In this document: positions 37,025 to 47,932 of the stretch, piece by piece | Layout of the letters: each line of letters starts with the position of its first letter | How positions within the stretch are numbered: the first letter of the stretch is position 1 | Assembly: GCA_041687355.1 (NCBI GenBank) | Contig: JAWLCD010000011.1 | Span: 2,217-66,216 of the forward strand | Length of the DNA: 64,000 bases | Source of the DNA: Clostridia bacterium | GTDB taxonomy: Bacteria > Bacillota > Clostridia > Acetivibrionales > UBA4821 | Direction: 5' to 3' | Translations under genes and position numbers: made by a program | The notes under the pieces: generated by a model | Told to the model about the DNA's origin: nothing | The model's database searches: none | Seen by the model: only the letters and a program-made list of their open reading frames with translations

Positions 37025-39814
37025 ATGGACTATAGTAAAACACTGAATCTTCCACATACTGATTTTCCCATGAGGGCTAATCTTCCCGAAAGGGAACCTG
37101 AGTATCTTAAAATGTGGGATGAAAAAGACATTTACAAGAAGTCGTTGGAGATGAACAAGGGGAAGCAGTCCTATATTCTTCATGACGGTCCCCCTTATGC
37201 CAATGGCGATATTCATATAGGGCATGCTCTAAACAAGGTGCTAAAGGATATAGTAGTCAAATTTAAATCTATGGACGGTTATTATTCTCCATATGTACCC
37301 GGTTGGGATACACATGGACTGCCAATCGAACAGCAGGCCATAAAGAAACTCGGTATCAACAGACACGAAGTTGATCCGGTTGAATTCAGAAATGCATGCA
37401 GGGAATTTGCACTTGGCTATGTAGATAGACAAAGGGAACAGTTCAAGAGACTGGGGGTCAGAGGTGACTGGTATAATCCTTATCTTACCCTTGCGCCTGA
37501 GTTTGAAGCAACACAGGTAGAGGTATTTGGCGAGATGGCCCAAAAGGGATATATATATAAGGGCCTCAAGCCTGTATACTGGTGTGCAGACTGTGAAACT
37601 GCTCTGGCCGAAGCTGAGATTGAATATGCCGAAGACAGGTCAAAATCAATATATGTTAAATTCGACCTTATTGATGATAAGAAGGTTTTCGGAAATGTGG
37701 CCGGAGATAGCAAAATATCCTTTGTAATATGGACTACTACAACATGGACTCTTCCCGGAAACCTTGCAATTTGTCTGAATGCTGATTTTGATTATGCTCT
37801 TGTGAAGGCTGGTAAAGAGGCATATGTACTGGCTGATAAGCTTGTTGAGGACGTAATGACGTCAGCTGGTATAGACAGCTATAATGTTGTTGCAAGGTAT
37901 AAGGGAAGCGAACTGGAGGGAATGAGATGCTGGCATCCATTCCTTGAGAGGGAATCAGTAGTGATACTTGGTGAGCATGTTACCCTTGAAGCCGGAACCG
38001 GTTGTGTTCATACCGCTCCCGGACATGGTGAGGAAGACTTCGAGGTTTGCAGGAAATATAATCTTCCGGTAATTGTACCGGTGGATAATAAAGGACACTT
38101 AAATGAACTGGCTGGTAAATTCAGCGGGCTGTTCTATGCAAAGTCCAACAAAGCCATAATCGAAGAACTTAAATCAACAGGACATCTGCTTGCCGAAGTT
38201 GAAATAATACATCAGTACCCTCACTGTTGGAGGTGCAAGAACCCTGTTCTTTTCAGGGCAACAGAGCAGTGGTTCGCATCCATTGACGGTTTCAGGAAAC
38301 AGGCACTTGAAGCAATAAAAGATGTTGAATGGATTCCAGCCTGGGGAGAAGAGAGAATTACTAATATGGTAAGAGACAGGGGAGATTGGTGTATATCGCG
38401 TCAAAGAAAGTGGGGAGTACCCATACCCATCTTCTACTGCGAGTCCTGTGGCAAGGAGTTGATAAATGACCAGACAATCAGCGCTGTTAAACAGCTGTTC
38501 AGAGAGAAGGGGTCAAATGCCTGGTTTGAAATGGATGCTTCCGACATTGTCCCAAAGGAAGTAACTTGTGAATGCGGAGGAAGAAAATTCCGGAAAGAAA
38601 CTGATACCATGGATGTATGGTTTGATTCAGGCTCGAGTCATGCTGGGGTACTGGAGAATAGGGGTGACCTGAGTTGGCCTGCTGATATGTACCTGGAGGG
38701 AAGTGACCAGCATAGGGGATGGTTTCAGTCCTCGCTCCTGACGTCGGTGGCAGCCAGAGGGAAAGCGCCGTACAGGACTGTATTGACACACGGTTTTACG
38801 GTTGACGGAGAAGGGAAAAAGATGTCCAAATCACTTGGCAATGGAGTGGACCCTATAGAGGTAATCAAGGAGTATGGTGCTGATATATTGAGGCTCTGGG
38901 TTGTTTCTGCAGACTACAGGAATGATGTAAGGATATCCAAGGATATTCTCAAGCAGCTGACCGAGGTTTATAGAAAAATCAGGAATACATGCAGATTTAT
39001 ATTAGGAAATATATATGATTTTAATCCGGACAATGATAGGGTGTCCTACGAGAAGCTTGAGGAGTTGGACAGATGGGCGTTAATGAAGCTTACAAAGCTG
39101 ATAAAACGTGTGACTGAAGCTTATAGAACGCACGACTATCATTTTGTATATCATTCCATACACAACTTCTGTGTAGTAGACATGAGTAATTTCTACCTGG
39201 ATGTGATTAAAGACAGATTGTATACATCGTCTGCAAACTCTCAGGCCAGGAGAGCTGCTCAGACTGCAATGTATGATGTTCTGGATGTTCTGGTAAAGAT
39301 GCTGGCACCTGTACTTGCATTTACCACTGAGGAAATATGGGAGTATATGTCTCACAGCTCCAGCCATGACAGGGAAAGTGTTCAACTTAATCCGTGGCCG
39401 GCTGTAAATGAAAGATACCTTGACGCAGAACTTGAAAAGAAGTGGGATAAGCTGCTGGCAGTAAGGGATGATGTCTCAAAAGCTCTTGAGACGGCAAGGG
39501 CTGAGAAAATAATAGGACACTCGCTGAATGCTGCGGTTACACTGTATGCTGATGAAGACTATTATAAGTTTCTTTCCGGGCTTGAAGACCAGCTTGCAAC
39601 TGTCTTTATTGTCTCGGATGTTAGGGTCCATGAGGTTCACTGCCCGCCTTCAACAAGAATTGTCAAGGGTGAAGCAACAGGTATTGATATATTTGTGGAG
39701 AATGCAGGTGGAGAAAAGTGTGAACGGTGTTGGATATTCAGCGAAGCTGTGGGCAAGAATCAAAAACATCCAACCTTGTGTGAAAGATGCAGCAGTGTGG
39801 TAACAGGATTATGA
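37025..39814 (+). CDS. ileS: Isoleucine--tRNA ligase
   Basis: HIGH motif (PPYANGDIHIGHA), KMSKS motif (KMSKSLGN) and a C-terminal zinc finger (CERCW...CERC). The start was taken at MDYSKTLNLP. Confidence 0.97.
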   Translation: MDYSKTLNLPHTDFPMRANLPEREPEYLKMWDEKDIYKKSLEMNKGKQSYILHDGPPYANGDIHIGHALNKVLKDIVVKFKSMDGYYSPYVPGWDTHGLPIEQQAIKKLGINRHEVDPVEFRNACREFALGYVDRQREQFKRLGVRGDWYNPYLTLAPEFEATQVEVFGEMAQKGYIYKGLKPVYWCADCETALAEAEIEYAEDRSKSIYVKFDLIDDKKVFGNVAGDSKISFVIWTTTTWTLPGNLAICLNADFDYALVKAGKEAYVLADKLVEDVMTSAGIDSYNVVARYKGSELEGMRCWHPFLERESVVILGEHVTLEAGTGCVHTAPGHGEEDFEVCRKYNLPVIVPVDNKGHLNELAGKFSGLFYAKSNKAIIEELKSTGHLLAEVEIIHQYPHCWRCKNPVLFRATEQWFASIDGFRKQALEAIKDVEWIPAWGEERITNMVRDRGDWCISRQRKWGVPIPIFYCESCGKELINDQTISAVKQLFREKGSNAWFEMDASDIVPKEVTCECGGRKFRKETDTMDVWFDSGSSHAGVLENRGDLSWPADMYLEGSDQHRGWFQSSLLTSVAARGKAPYRTVLTHGFTVDGEGKKMSKSLGNGVDPIEVIKEYGADILRLWVVSADYRNDVRISKDILKQLTEVYRKIRNTCRFILGNIYDFNPDNDRVSYEKLEELDRWALMKLTKLIKRVTEAYRTHDYHFVYHSIHNFCVVDMSNFYLDVIKDRLYTSSANSQARRAAQTAMYDVLDVLVKMLAPVLAFTTEEIWEYMSHSSSHDRESVQLNPWPAVNERYLDAELEKKWDKLLAVRDDVSKALETARAEKIIGHSLNAAVTLYADEDYYKFLSGLEDQLATVFIVSDVRVHEVHCPPSTRIVKGEATGIDIFVENAGGEKCERCWIFSEAVGKNQKHPTLCERCSSVVTGL

Positions 39815-40914
39815 TTTCAGCGCCGGAGGTGAGCCAACTGCAGGAGTTAACTGTAAACCTGGGAGAGAGGAGTTATGTAATTTATATCTCCTCCTCCTTT
39901 GATAATCTGAATAAGATTTTTAAGCCTTATAAATCTTTAAAGGCCCTAATTATATCAGATTCAAATGTTAGCCAGTTTTATACCCGGTCATGCATGGAAC
40001 AGCTCGAAGAGGCCGGATTAAAGGTGTTTGCTAATGCTTTTCCTGCAGGTGAAGAGAGTAAGAATCTTGACACGGTGAAAAGCATATACAGGGTCTGCAA
40101 GGATATCAGGCTTGAAAGGTGCGATGTTTTGGTTGCACTTGGAGGAGGAGTTGTAGGTGATGTGGCAGGTTTTGCTGCTGCGACATACCTCCGGGGAATT
40201 GATTTTGTGCAGATTCCTACCTCGCTTCTTGCACAGTGTGACAGCAGTGTGGGAGGAAAGGTTGGAGTCGATTTTGAAGGAGCCAAGAACCTTGTTGGGG
40301 CGTTCTATCAGCCCAAAGCTGTATATATAAATGTAAATACCCTGAGAACTCTTCCAAAAAGGGAATTTGTATCCGGCCTTGCAGAGGTAGTGAAACATGG
40401 AATTATAGGGGATGAGAATTTATTTGGATACCTTGAAGAAAACTATGAAGGCTTTCTTTCACAGAAAGAGGAAATACTTCAACATGTGATAAAGACAAAC
40501 TGCTCAATCAAGTCCAGGATTATCGAACAGGACGAGAGGGAGAACCAGTTGAGAGCAGTCCTTAACCTCGGGCATACCGTAGGCCATGCAATTGAAAGTG
40601 TGCTTGGGTTTTCGCTTCTTCACGGTGAGTGTGTCTCACTTGGGATGGCTGCTGCCTGTAATGTTTCAAGAGAAATGGGAGTAATCAGCGGGCAGGACGC
40701 AGATAGGATTACAAGGCTGTTGTCAAAATTTGGCCTGCCGGTAAACTATAAGAATCTTGAAGTTGATAATGTGATAAATCAGATGAGCCTTGACAAGAAA
40801 ATTTCCGGTGGTAAGTTGAACTTTATCCTGCCCGAAAGAATCGGAAGCGTAATACAGTGTAAGGAAATACCGGAAGACATTATAAGGCGTTCGGTATGTA
40901 TGATTTTAAAATAA
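39811..40914 (+). CDS. aroB: 3-dehydroquinate synthase
   Basis: GGGVVGDVAGFAAATYLRGIDFVQIPTSLLAQCDSSVGGKVGV and LNLGHTVGHAIE motifs. ATGA overlap with the ileS stop. Confidence 0.92.
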   Translation: MISAPEVSQLQELTVNLGERSYVIYISSSFDNLNKIFKPYKSLKALIISDSNVSQFYTRSCMEQLEEAGLKVFANAFPAGEESKNLDTVKSIYRVCKDIRLERCDVLVALGGGVVGDVAGFAAATYLRGIDFVQIPTSLLAQCDSSVGGKVGVDFEGAKNLVGAFYQPKAVYINVNTLRTLPKREFVSGLAEVVKHGIIGDENLFGYLEENYEGFLSQKEEILQHVIKTNCSIKSRIIEQDERENQLRAVLNLGHTVGHAIESVLGFSLLHGECVSLGMAAACNVSREMGVISGQDADRITRLLSKFGLPVNYKNLEVDNVINQMSLDKKISGGKLNFILPERIGSVIQCKEIPEDIIRRSVCMILK

Positions 40915-40917
40915 GGT

Positions 40918-41007
40918 AGGGGGACGCGTCATTCGCTGGGCTCAAGAAACGTGCCTCTTTGAATACGAGGGACGCGACCATTCGCTCCGCTCAAGGAGTT
41001 TCCCCCT
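40918..41007. repeat. Tandem pair of 26-27-nt units (GGGACGCG..CATTCGCT..GCTCAAG) bracketed by AGGGGGA/TCCCCCT
   Basis: Units at 40921-40946 and 40969-40995. A related TTCGCTGCGCTCAC occurs at about 2031-2045. Confidence 0.6.
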
Positions 41008-41179
41008 CTGCACAAATCAAATAACCAGAATAAACTCCAGGCTATATTGACAAAATAATTGTCAAATGTTAGTTTGATATAAGCATAGAATACAGTGCGA
41101 AAAGGTGTACTACCAATATATAAGGCATCAGGATTTGTAAGACCGAATTTTAATAACTATATCATTTAGGGAGAGAACT

Positions 41180-42355
41180 ATGGAGACTAGAATCTACTTG
41201 GATCATGCAGCCACAACACCTGTAAAAAGCGAAGTTCTTGAGGCAATGCTGCCTTACTTCAGCGATAAGTACGGCAATCCGTCTTCAGTGTATTCCATAG
41301 GCAGGGAAAGCAGGAAAGCAATCGACGAAGCAAGGGAACGTGTAGCTAGTGCCATTGGTGCACAGTCAAAGGAGATATTCTTTACTTCCGGAGGCAGTGA
41401 ATCGGATAACTGGGCTATAAAAGGTGTTGCCTATGCAAACAGAGCCAGGGGTAATCACATAATTACTTCTTCAATTGAGCATCATGCAGTACTTAATACT
41501 TGTAGATACCTTGAAGATGATGGGTTTGAGGTTACTTACCTTCCGGTTGACTCAAACGGTCTGGTATCCCCTGAACAGCTCAGGGAGGCTATTAAACCAA
41601 CAACCACAGTTATTTCAGTCATGTTTGCGAACAACGAGATTGGAACCATACAGCCCATAAAAGAGATAGGAAAGATTGCAAGGGAGAAAGGAATATACTT
41701 TCACACTGATGCTGTCCAGGCTGTAGGCAACATACCAATAGATGTTGATGAGTTGAATATAGACATGCTCTCTCTTTCCGCACATAAGTTTTATGGACCC
41801 AAAGGGATGGGGGCATTGTATGTACGAAAAAACGTAAAGCTGGCTTCCTTTATACAAGGTGGTGGACAGGAAAGAGGCAGGAGAGCAGGAACCGAGAATA
41901 TAGCTGGCATTGTTGGTTTGGGAAAAGCCATACAACTGGCGGTTGAGAATTTAGATGATTATAATAGCAGGATTAGACACCTCAGGGATATGATTATAAA
42001 TGGTATAAAAGAAAGAATTCCTTTTGTAAGACTCAATGGTGACCCTGAAAAGAGGCTTCCTGGTAATGTTAATATATCTTTTGAATTTGTTGAAGGTGAA
42101 TCTCTTCTGCTCATGCTGGATATGAAGGGTATAGCGGCATCAAGTGGTTCGGCATGCTCTTCAGGTTCTCTTGACCCGTCACATGTTCTTCTCGCTGTAG
42201 GTTTGAGTCATGAAGTAGCGCACGGCTCTCTGAGGATGACCGTAGGCGAGGATAATACTGAGGAAGATATAAGGTATGTACTTGATGTTCTTCCGCCAAT
42301 TGTCGAGCGGCTCAGGGAGATGTCGCCGCTGTATGAAAAAGAAAAGAGGGGATAG
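41180..42355 (+). CDS. nifS: Cysteine desulfurase (NifS/IscS type)
   Basis: 391 aa with IYLDHAATTP, the PLP lysine context LSLSAHKFYGPKG, and the active-site loop SSGSACSS. Confidence 0.93.
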   Translation: METRIYLDHAATTPVKSEVLEAMLPYFSDKYGNPSSVYSIGRESRKAIDEARERVASAIGAQSKEIFFTSGGSESDNWAIKGVAYANRARGNHIITSSIEHHAVLNTCRYLEDDGFEVTYLPVDSNGLVSPEQLREAIKPTTTVISVMFANNEIGTIQPIKEIGKIAREKGIYFHTDAVQAVGNIPIDVDELNIDMLSLSAHKFYGPKGMGALYVRKNVKLASFIQGGGQERGRRAGTENIAGIVGLGKAIQLAVENLDDYNSRIRHLRDMIINGIKERIPFVRLNGDPEKRLPGNVNISFEFVEGESLLLMLDMKGIAASSGSACSSGSLDPSHVLLAVGLSHEVAHGSLRMTVGEDNTEEDIRYVLDVLPPIVERLREMSPLYEKEKRG

Positions 42356-42357
42356 CA

Positions 42358-42795
42358 ATGTATAGTGAAAAGGTTATGGATCATTTTATGAACCCCAGGA
42401 ATGTCGGGGAAATTGAAGATGCCGATGGTATTGGTGAGGTTGGCAATGCCAAGTGTGGAGATATAATGAAGATGTATCTCAAAATTGAGAATGACGTCAT
42501 TGTAGATGCCAAATTCAAGACATTTGGATGCGGTGCGGCTGTAGCAACAAGTAGTATGGCTACAGAACTGGTTAAAGGTAAAACCATAGAAGAAGCTTTG
42601 AAACTTAGCAACAAGGCAGTTGCAGAGGCACTTGACGGACTGCCTCCGGTGAAGATGCACTGCTCGAATCTTGCTGAGGAAGCAATAAAGGCTGCTGTTG
42701 ATGATTACCTGGTAAAGATAGGGAGGAGAAGCGAGCTGACCATGCAGTGTAAAGGCTGTTGTGAAAAGTGTCATGAGGGGATTGAAGATGAGTGA
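42358..42795 (+). CDS. nifU: Fe-S cluster assembly scaffold (NifU/IscU type)
   Basis: [32 protein letters not shown] and KMHCSNLA are the three conserved Cys contexts of IscU. Confidence 0.9.
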   Translation: MYSEKVMDHFMNPRNVGEIEDADGIGEVGNAKCGDIMKMYLKIENDVIVDAKFKTFGCGAAVATSSMATELVKGKTIEEALKLSNKAVAEALDGLPPVKMHCSNLAEEAIKAAVDDYLVKIGRRSELTMQCKGCCEKCHEGIEDE

Positions 42796-43874
42796 TGAAG
42801 AAGTCTGTGTTAGTTGCAATGAGCGGGGGCGTGGATAGTTCAGTGGCCGCCGCTCTTTTGGTTGAGCAGGGTTATGAGGTTATAGGGATTACTATGAAAC
42901 TGCGGCAGGACGAAGAACTAAGTATAAGTGAAAATGGCTGCTGTTCACTTGAAGCAGTTGAGGATGCAAGAAGGGTAGCAGAAATACTGGGTATACCCCA
43001 CTATGTACTTAACTTTTCAGAAGAATTCAGAGCCAAAGTTATTGATTATTTTATTGACCAATACAGCAAAGGATATACCCCAAACCCCTGTATTGCGTGC
43101 AATAGGCATATTAAGTTTGACCTGCTTCTTAACAAGGCCAGAACAATGGGGATTGACTATATTTCAACCGGACATTATGCCAGGATTGAATATGACCCGG
43201 TGAGGAAAAGATGGCTTCTTAAGAAGTCTTTATCGACTGCAAAAGACCAGACTTATGCACTCTATAACATGACTCAGTACCAGTTGGAGCATACTCTGTT
43301 CCCAATAGGGCAATACACAGATAAGGAAAGAATAAGGAGCATAGCAGCAAAGCTTGGTTTGCGCGTTGCGGATAAACCTGATAGTCAGGATATATGTTTT
43401 ATTGATGATGACTACGGAAGCTATGTAGAAAACAGATGCCCGGGCAAGGTTAAATCTGGAGATATTGTAGATACAGACGGCAATGTACTTGGAAAGCACA
43501 GGGGTATTGTTTACTATACCATAGGACAGAGAAAAGGACTGGGACTTGCACTTGGTAAACCCGCATATGTGGTTGCGGTTAATCCACAGAGAAATGAGGT
43601 AGTTGTTGGGGAGCCTGAAAAGGTTTACTCCTTGGGCCTGATTGCGAAGGACATCAATCTGATTGCAGTAGAAAGCCTTGAGGACAAATTGAAGGTGACT
43701 GCAAAGATAAGGTATGCAGCAAGTGAGGCAGAGGCGTTCATTGAACTGATAGAGGGAAGAAAAATGAAAGTAACATTCGAAGAGAAGCAGAGGGCTGTGA
43801 CTCCAGGCCAGTCTGTTGTGTTTTACACCGGTGATATTGTGGTTGGAGGAGGAATAATTGAATCTGCAGTTTAA
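42795..43874 (+). CDS. mnmA: tRNA 2-thiouridine(34) synthase
   Basis: PP-loop [22 protein letters not shown] and ISTGHYAR. Follows nifS-nifU. Confidence 0.95.
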   Translation: MKKSVLVAMSGGVDSSVAAALLVEQGYEVIGITMKLRQDEELSISENGCCSLEAVEDARRVAEILGIPHYVLNFSEEFRAKVIDYFIDQYSKGYTPNPCIACNRHIKFDLLLNKARTMGIDYISTGHYARIEYDPVRKRWLLKKSLSTAKDQTYALYNMTQYQLEHTLFPIGQYTDKERIRSIAAKLGLRVADKPDSQDICFIDDDYGSYVENRCPGKVKSGDIVDTDGNVLGKHRGIVYYTIGQRKGLGLALGKPAYVVAVNPQRNEVVVGEPEKVYSLGLIAKDINLIAVESLEDKLKVTAKIRYAASEAEAFIELIEGRKMKVTFEEKQRAVTPGQSVVFYTGDIVVGGGIIESAV

Positions 43875-44035
43875 TATCAAATGACGGTGGTAAGAGCCTG
43901 CAGCAGGAATAAAGTTAAGAATGAACTATCTAGTTACCCATCGGGATACATCGGAAAGCAATAAATGTTGGATAAATCAGGGATATAGTATAGAATATAT
44001 TTATAGAGGTAAATATCCCGAAGGGAGAAGAAATA

Positions 44036-45070
44036 ATGAATATAAATATTCTGGACAGAATAATCCAGGACGGGGGTCTGCTCAGAACCCAGATTGGAAT
44101 AAATGGATGGGAAGACAGTGTAATAATCTCTCATAACAGCAATATAATACAGATAAACCTTGCTCCTGTTTATTACAGCATGGCTGTAATGGCAGGTGAC
44201 CTTATCAGATGCAAGTATCATTATGATGGAGTGGAATATCTGATGGAAGGCCAAATTGAACAGGTTACCATAAATGAGATTCCTTCAATGTTCATCAGAA
44301 TTCATAATGTGAGTAACTTCAATAATAAACGTAAGAACCGAAGGTTGGATGTGCGTCTGGGGGCTGGGGTCAGGCTGAAAGAAAGTGATGAGCTTACATA
44401 CTATTGCATTGTTAACAACCTGAGTACCAGCGGCCTGGGACTATTAGCAAAAAGGAGCTTTGATATTGGAAGCAGTATAATAGTAGAGGTATTAACAAGT
44501 AGCCAGAATACTTTTTCTCTAAGAGGGCAAGTTGTAAGGCAGATGAAAATAGAAGACTATTATGAAATAGGTATAAGCTTGAGTGAGAAGGATGAAGCGG
44601 CCAGAAAAGATGTGGAATATATTATTAGTAATTACTATGAGCTCAGTGAGAAGCTTATAGGGGATACAATTGAGAAAGTAAACCGGAATACCAGTGGTGT
44701 ACCGAAGAACCAGACTGTCATGATTGTGGAGGATAGTCATTTTACAAGAATAATCATAAAAAAGCTTCTATCCCTGCAGGGGTTCTCAAGGATTATCGAA
44801 GTAGCAGACGGACCTCAGGCGTTAAGCCTCGCAGGAAAATTAAAACCGGATATAATAATTCTTGATATTATTCTCCCAACAGTAAACGGCAACGAGATAA
44901 TTGAAGAGATACATAAGTCCAGTTCCGATTCCAGGATTATTGTGGTCTCAACCGTAAGCAGCAGAAAGATGATTGACGAGGTTAAGACCAAGGGAGTATG
45001 TGAATATGTTATCAAGCCTTTTGACCATAAGGAATTGGTTGAGGTTGTTGAGAGAATTTCAAAATTATAA
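44036..45070 (+). CDS. PilZ-domain / response-regulator receiver hybrid protein
   Basis: The central PilZ motifs are RKNRR (RxxxR) and NLSTSGLG (D/NxSxxG). The C-terminal CheY-like receiver has IVEDS, IIILDIILP (phospho-Asp context), VVST and VIKPF. Confidence 0.8.
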   Translation: MNINILDRIIQDGGLLRTQIGINGWEDSVIISHNSNIIQINLAPVYYSMAVMAGDLIRCKYHYDGVEYLMEGQIEQVTINEIPSMFIRIHNVSNFNNKRKNRRLDVRLGAGVRLKESDELTYYCIVNNLSTSGLGLLAKRSFDIGSSIIVEVLTSSQNTFSLRGQVVRQMKIEDYYEIGISLSEKDEAARKDVEYIISNYYELSEKLIGDTIEKVNRNTSGVPKNQTVMIVEDSHFTRIIIKKLLSLQGFSRIIEVADGPQALSLAGKLKPDIIILDIILPTVNGNEIIEEIHKSSSDSRIIVVSTVSSRKMIDEVKTKGVCEYVIKPFDHKELVEVVERISKL

Positions 45071-45084
45071 GGGGTGCAAGCAAA

Positions 45085-46470
45085 ATGAAACTTTTTAATA
45101 CCCTTACTAAGGGTAAGGACCAATTTGAACCTATTGAAAACAACATGGTGAGGATGTATTCCTGCGGTCCTACTGTCTACATGTATGCGCACATAGGCAA
45201 CCTTCGCACCTATGTATTTATGGATATTCTGCGGAGAGTGCTTAAGTATAATGGCTACAAGGTAAAACACGTTATGAACATCACTGATGTAGGACACCTA
45301 CTGTCAGATGCCGATGAGGGCGAGGACAAAATGGTCAAATCTGCCAGAGAGCAGAAAAAAAGTCCGTGGGAGATAGCAGAATACTTTACAGAAGCATTCT
45401 TTGAAGATGTTGAACAGCTGAATATTGAAAAGCCGGAGGTCATATGCAAGGCTACCGAACACATAGACGAGATGCTGGAGTTTGTTCAGGGCCTTGTTGA
45501 GAAAGGGTACGGTTATGAGATAGGAGACGGCATATACTATGATGTTTCAAAGTTCAAAGAATATGGAAAACTTTCGGGGATATCGCTGGAAGAGCAGATG
45601 GCAGGTGCAAGGGTTGAGGTAAATGATGAGAAAAGGCATCCTGCAGATTTTGCCCTTTGGAAAAAAGCCACAAAAGAACATATAATGCAGTGGGATAGTC
45701 CATGGGGGCCTGGATATCCGGGCTGGCACATCGAGTGCTCAGCAATGGGAAAGAAGTATCTGGGATACAGGTTTGATATACACACCGGTGGGGTTGACCA
45801 TATTCCTATCCATCATGAGAATGAGATTGCACAGTCGTGTGGACTGCTGGGTGCACAGCCGGTAAATTTCTGGGTTCACGGTGAGTTCCTGCTTGTGGAT
45901 GGTGGAAAGATGTCCAAAAGCCTGGGGAATACCTATACCATAAGAGACCTAAAAGAAAAGGGCTTTGAGCCTATGGCCTATAGATTTTTCTGCTATAATG
46001 CCCATTACAGGAGTAAGCTGAATTTTACCTGGGATGGATTAAAGAGTGCACAGGCTTCCCTGGAAAAACTCAGAGAAGGTGTTCTGGCACACTCTAAAGG
46101 CGAGAGTGAAATAGGGCAAGAAGAAATTGACCTGCTGAAGGAGGAGTTTTTGGAAGCCGTAAATGATGACCTGAATATCCCGCGCGCCATGGTTGTGGTT
46201 TGGAAGATAGTCAAAGACCCTAGAAAATCAATGCAGTTCCGGGATTTGCTGTATGACTTTGACAGAGTCCTGGGACTGAGACTAGATAAGGTAACTGAGA
46301 AGAAAGAAGAGGAATTCGGGCCGGAGATTATGCAGCTGGTTGAACAGCGTCAGCAGGCACGAGCCAATAAGGACTGGAAGACGGCGGACCAGCTCAGGGA
46401 TAGGCTGAAATCTATGGGTATAGTTGTTGAAGATACCCCTGAAGGCCCCAAGATTAAAAGGGAAGAATAG
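45085..46470 (+). CDS. cysS: Cysteine--tRNA ligase
   Basis: CGPTVYMYAHIGNLRT (HIGH-type), WHIECS zinc site and KMSKSLGN. Confidence 0.96.
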   Translation: MKLFNTLTKGKDQFEPIENNMVRMYSCGPTVYMYAHIGNLRTYVFMDILRRVLKYNGYKVKHVMNITDVGHLLSDADEGEDKMVKSAREQKKSPWEIAEYFTEAFFEDVEQLNIEKPEVICKATEHIDEMLEFVQGLVEKGYGYEIGDGIYYDVSKFKEYGKLSGISLEEQMAGARVEVNDEKRHPADFALWKKATKEHIMQWDSPWGPGYPGWHIECSAMGKKYLGYRFDIHTGGVDHIPIHHENEIAQSCGLLGAQPVNFWVHGEFLLVDGGKMSKSLGNTYTIRDLKEKGFEPMAYRFFCYNAHYRSKLNFTWDGLKSAQASLEKLREGVLAHSKGESEIGQEEIDLLKEEFLEAVNDDLNIPRAMVVVWKIVKDPRKSMQFRDLLYDFDRVLGLRLDKVTEKKEEEFGPEIMQLVEQRQQARANKDWKTADQLRDRLKSMGIVVEDTPEGPKIKREE

Positions 46471-46611
46471 AGTAAATTAACAAGCATTTGCAATGGGGGG
46501 ATGATTCCAGGACTCATTTCAAAGCGAGTCCCGGAACCAGCCCCCATTAATTTGACACTAAGACCGGACCCATGTTAAAATCTGAGAAAACAATCCGGGG
46601 GGAGTAGATAA

Positions 46612-47925
46612 GTGTTTATTTCAGAAGCATTAAGCGTGAATGATAAGGGGCACCTTACGATAGGAGGCTGTGATTGTGTGGAACTGGCCAAGGAATATCA
46701 AACCCCTTTATATATTTTGGATGAAGAACTTATCCGAAAAACCTGCCGGGAATTTAATACTGCCATTGACAAGTATTATGACGGCAGAGGTCTTGTTCTA
46801 TACGCCTCAAAGGCTTTCTGTTCACTAGCACTTTGCAGAATTGCCGAGCAGGAAGGAATGGGTCTTGACGTAGTGTCGGGAGGAGAACTATACACTGCAA
46901 TTAAGGCGGGATTTCCCTCTGACAAAATATATTTCCACGGGAACAATAAAACCCTTGACGAGCTTAAAATGGCACTGGATTATACAGTCGGAAGAATAGT
47001 GGTAGACAGCTTTGAAGAGCTGGATATCCTGGATAGGATTGCTGCCTCAAAGAACAAGACTGCAGATATATTGTTCAGGGTAAAGCCGGGTATCGATGCA
47101 CATACCCACGAGTTTATCAAAACCGGACAGATTGATTCCAAGTTTGGATTTGCTCTTGAAAACGGAGAGGCTTTTGATGTAGTGCAGAAAGCCTGCACAC
47201 TGACGAATATAAATATAGTGGGGCTGCACTGCCATATTGGGTCACAGATATTTGAAATTGAGCCGTTTGAGGAAGCAGCAAAGGTAATGATGGGTTTCAT
47301 TTCGGACATAAGGGACAAACTGGGACTCAGCATAGATGAACTCAATCTTGGTGGTGGTTTTGGTATAAAATATGTATCCGGTGACAAGCCTCTTGAATTC
47401 GGTAGGCATATTGAAGCTATTGCCTCAGTTGTTAAATCCACTGCGAAGGAGAAAAACCTTAAAATACCGAAGCTGATAATAGAACCCGGGAGGGCTGTTA
47501 CCGCACCGGCAGGAATAACACTCTATACGGTTGGTACCATAAAGGATATTCCCGGTATACGTAAGTATATTTCGGTTGACGGCGGAATGACCGATAACCC
47601 CAGGTACGCTCTCTATCAGGCCGAATATGAAGCTGTAATTGCAAACAGGACTCTTGATCCAAGGGTTGAGAAGGTAACTATTGCGGGTAAGTGCTGTGAA
47701 TCAGGTGATATAATTGCCAGGGATGTGGATATGCCGCCGGTGAATGCCGGAGACTATCTTGCAGTTCTGGTAACCGGGGCATATAATTATTCCATGTCCA
47801 GCAATTACAACAGGATACCCAGACCGGCCGCAATATTGGTCAGGGAGGGAAGGTCAAGGGTAATTGTTAAAAGAGAGGACTATAATGACCTGTTAAGGAA
47901 TGATATTTTACCTGAAGATATCTAG
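46612..47925 (+). CDS. lysA: Diaminopimelate decarboxylase
   Basis: GTG start. YASKAF (PLP lysine), HCHIGSQ, GGGFGI, EPGR and CESGD motifs. Confidence 0.95.
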   Translation: MFISEALSVNDKGHLTIGGCDCVELAKEYQTPLYILDEELIRKTCREFNTAIDKYYDGRGLVLYASKAFCSLALCRIAEQEGMGLDVVSGGELYTAIKAGFPSDKIYFHGNNKTLDELKMALDYTVGRIVVDSFEELDILDRIAASKNKTADILFRVKPGIDAHTHEFIKTGQIDSKFGFALENGEAFDVVQKACTLTNINIVGLHCHIGSQIFEIEPFEEAAKVMMGFISDIRDKLGLSIDELNLGGGFGIKYVSGDKPLEFGRHIEAIASVVKSTAKEKNLKIPKLIIEPGRAVTAPAGITLYTVGTIKDIPGIRKYISVDGGMTDNPRYALYQAEYEAVIANRTLDPRVEKVTIAGKCCESGDIIARDVDMPPVNAGDYLAVLVTGAYNYSMSSNYNRIPRPAAILVREGRSRVIVKREDYNDLLRNDILPEDI

Positions 47926-47932
47926 GAGACAG

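Noticed and set aside
41047-41065. Inverted repeat TTGACAA-AATAA-TTGTCAA upstream of nifS as an IscR/Rrf2-type operator
   Set aside because: It is a plausible operator overlapping a -35-like hexamer. However, there is no adjacent Rrf2 regulator gene, and I cannot match it to a known consensus. The evidence is too weak to report as a feature.
46471-46611. Possible lysine riboswitch (L-box) upstream of lysA
   Set aside because: The interval is only about 140 nt. It contains one nested hairpin (46492-46548, AATGGGGG.../...CCCCCATT) followed by a TTGACA-type promoter. It shows neither the multi-helix L-box architecture nor its conserved sequences. The hairpin is more likely the 3' structure of cysS.
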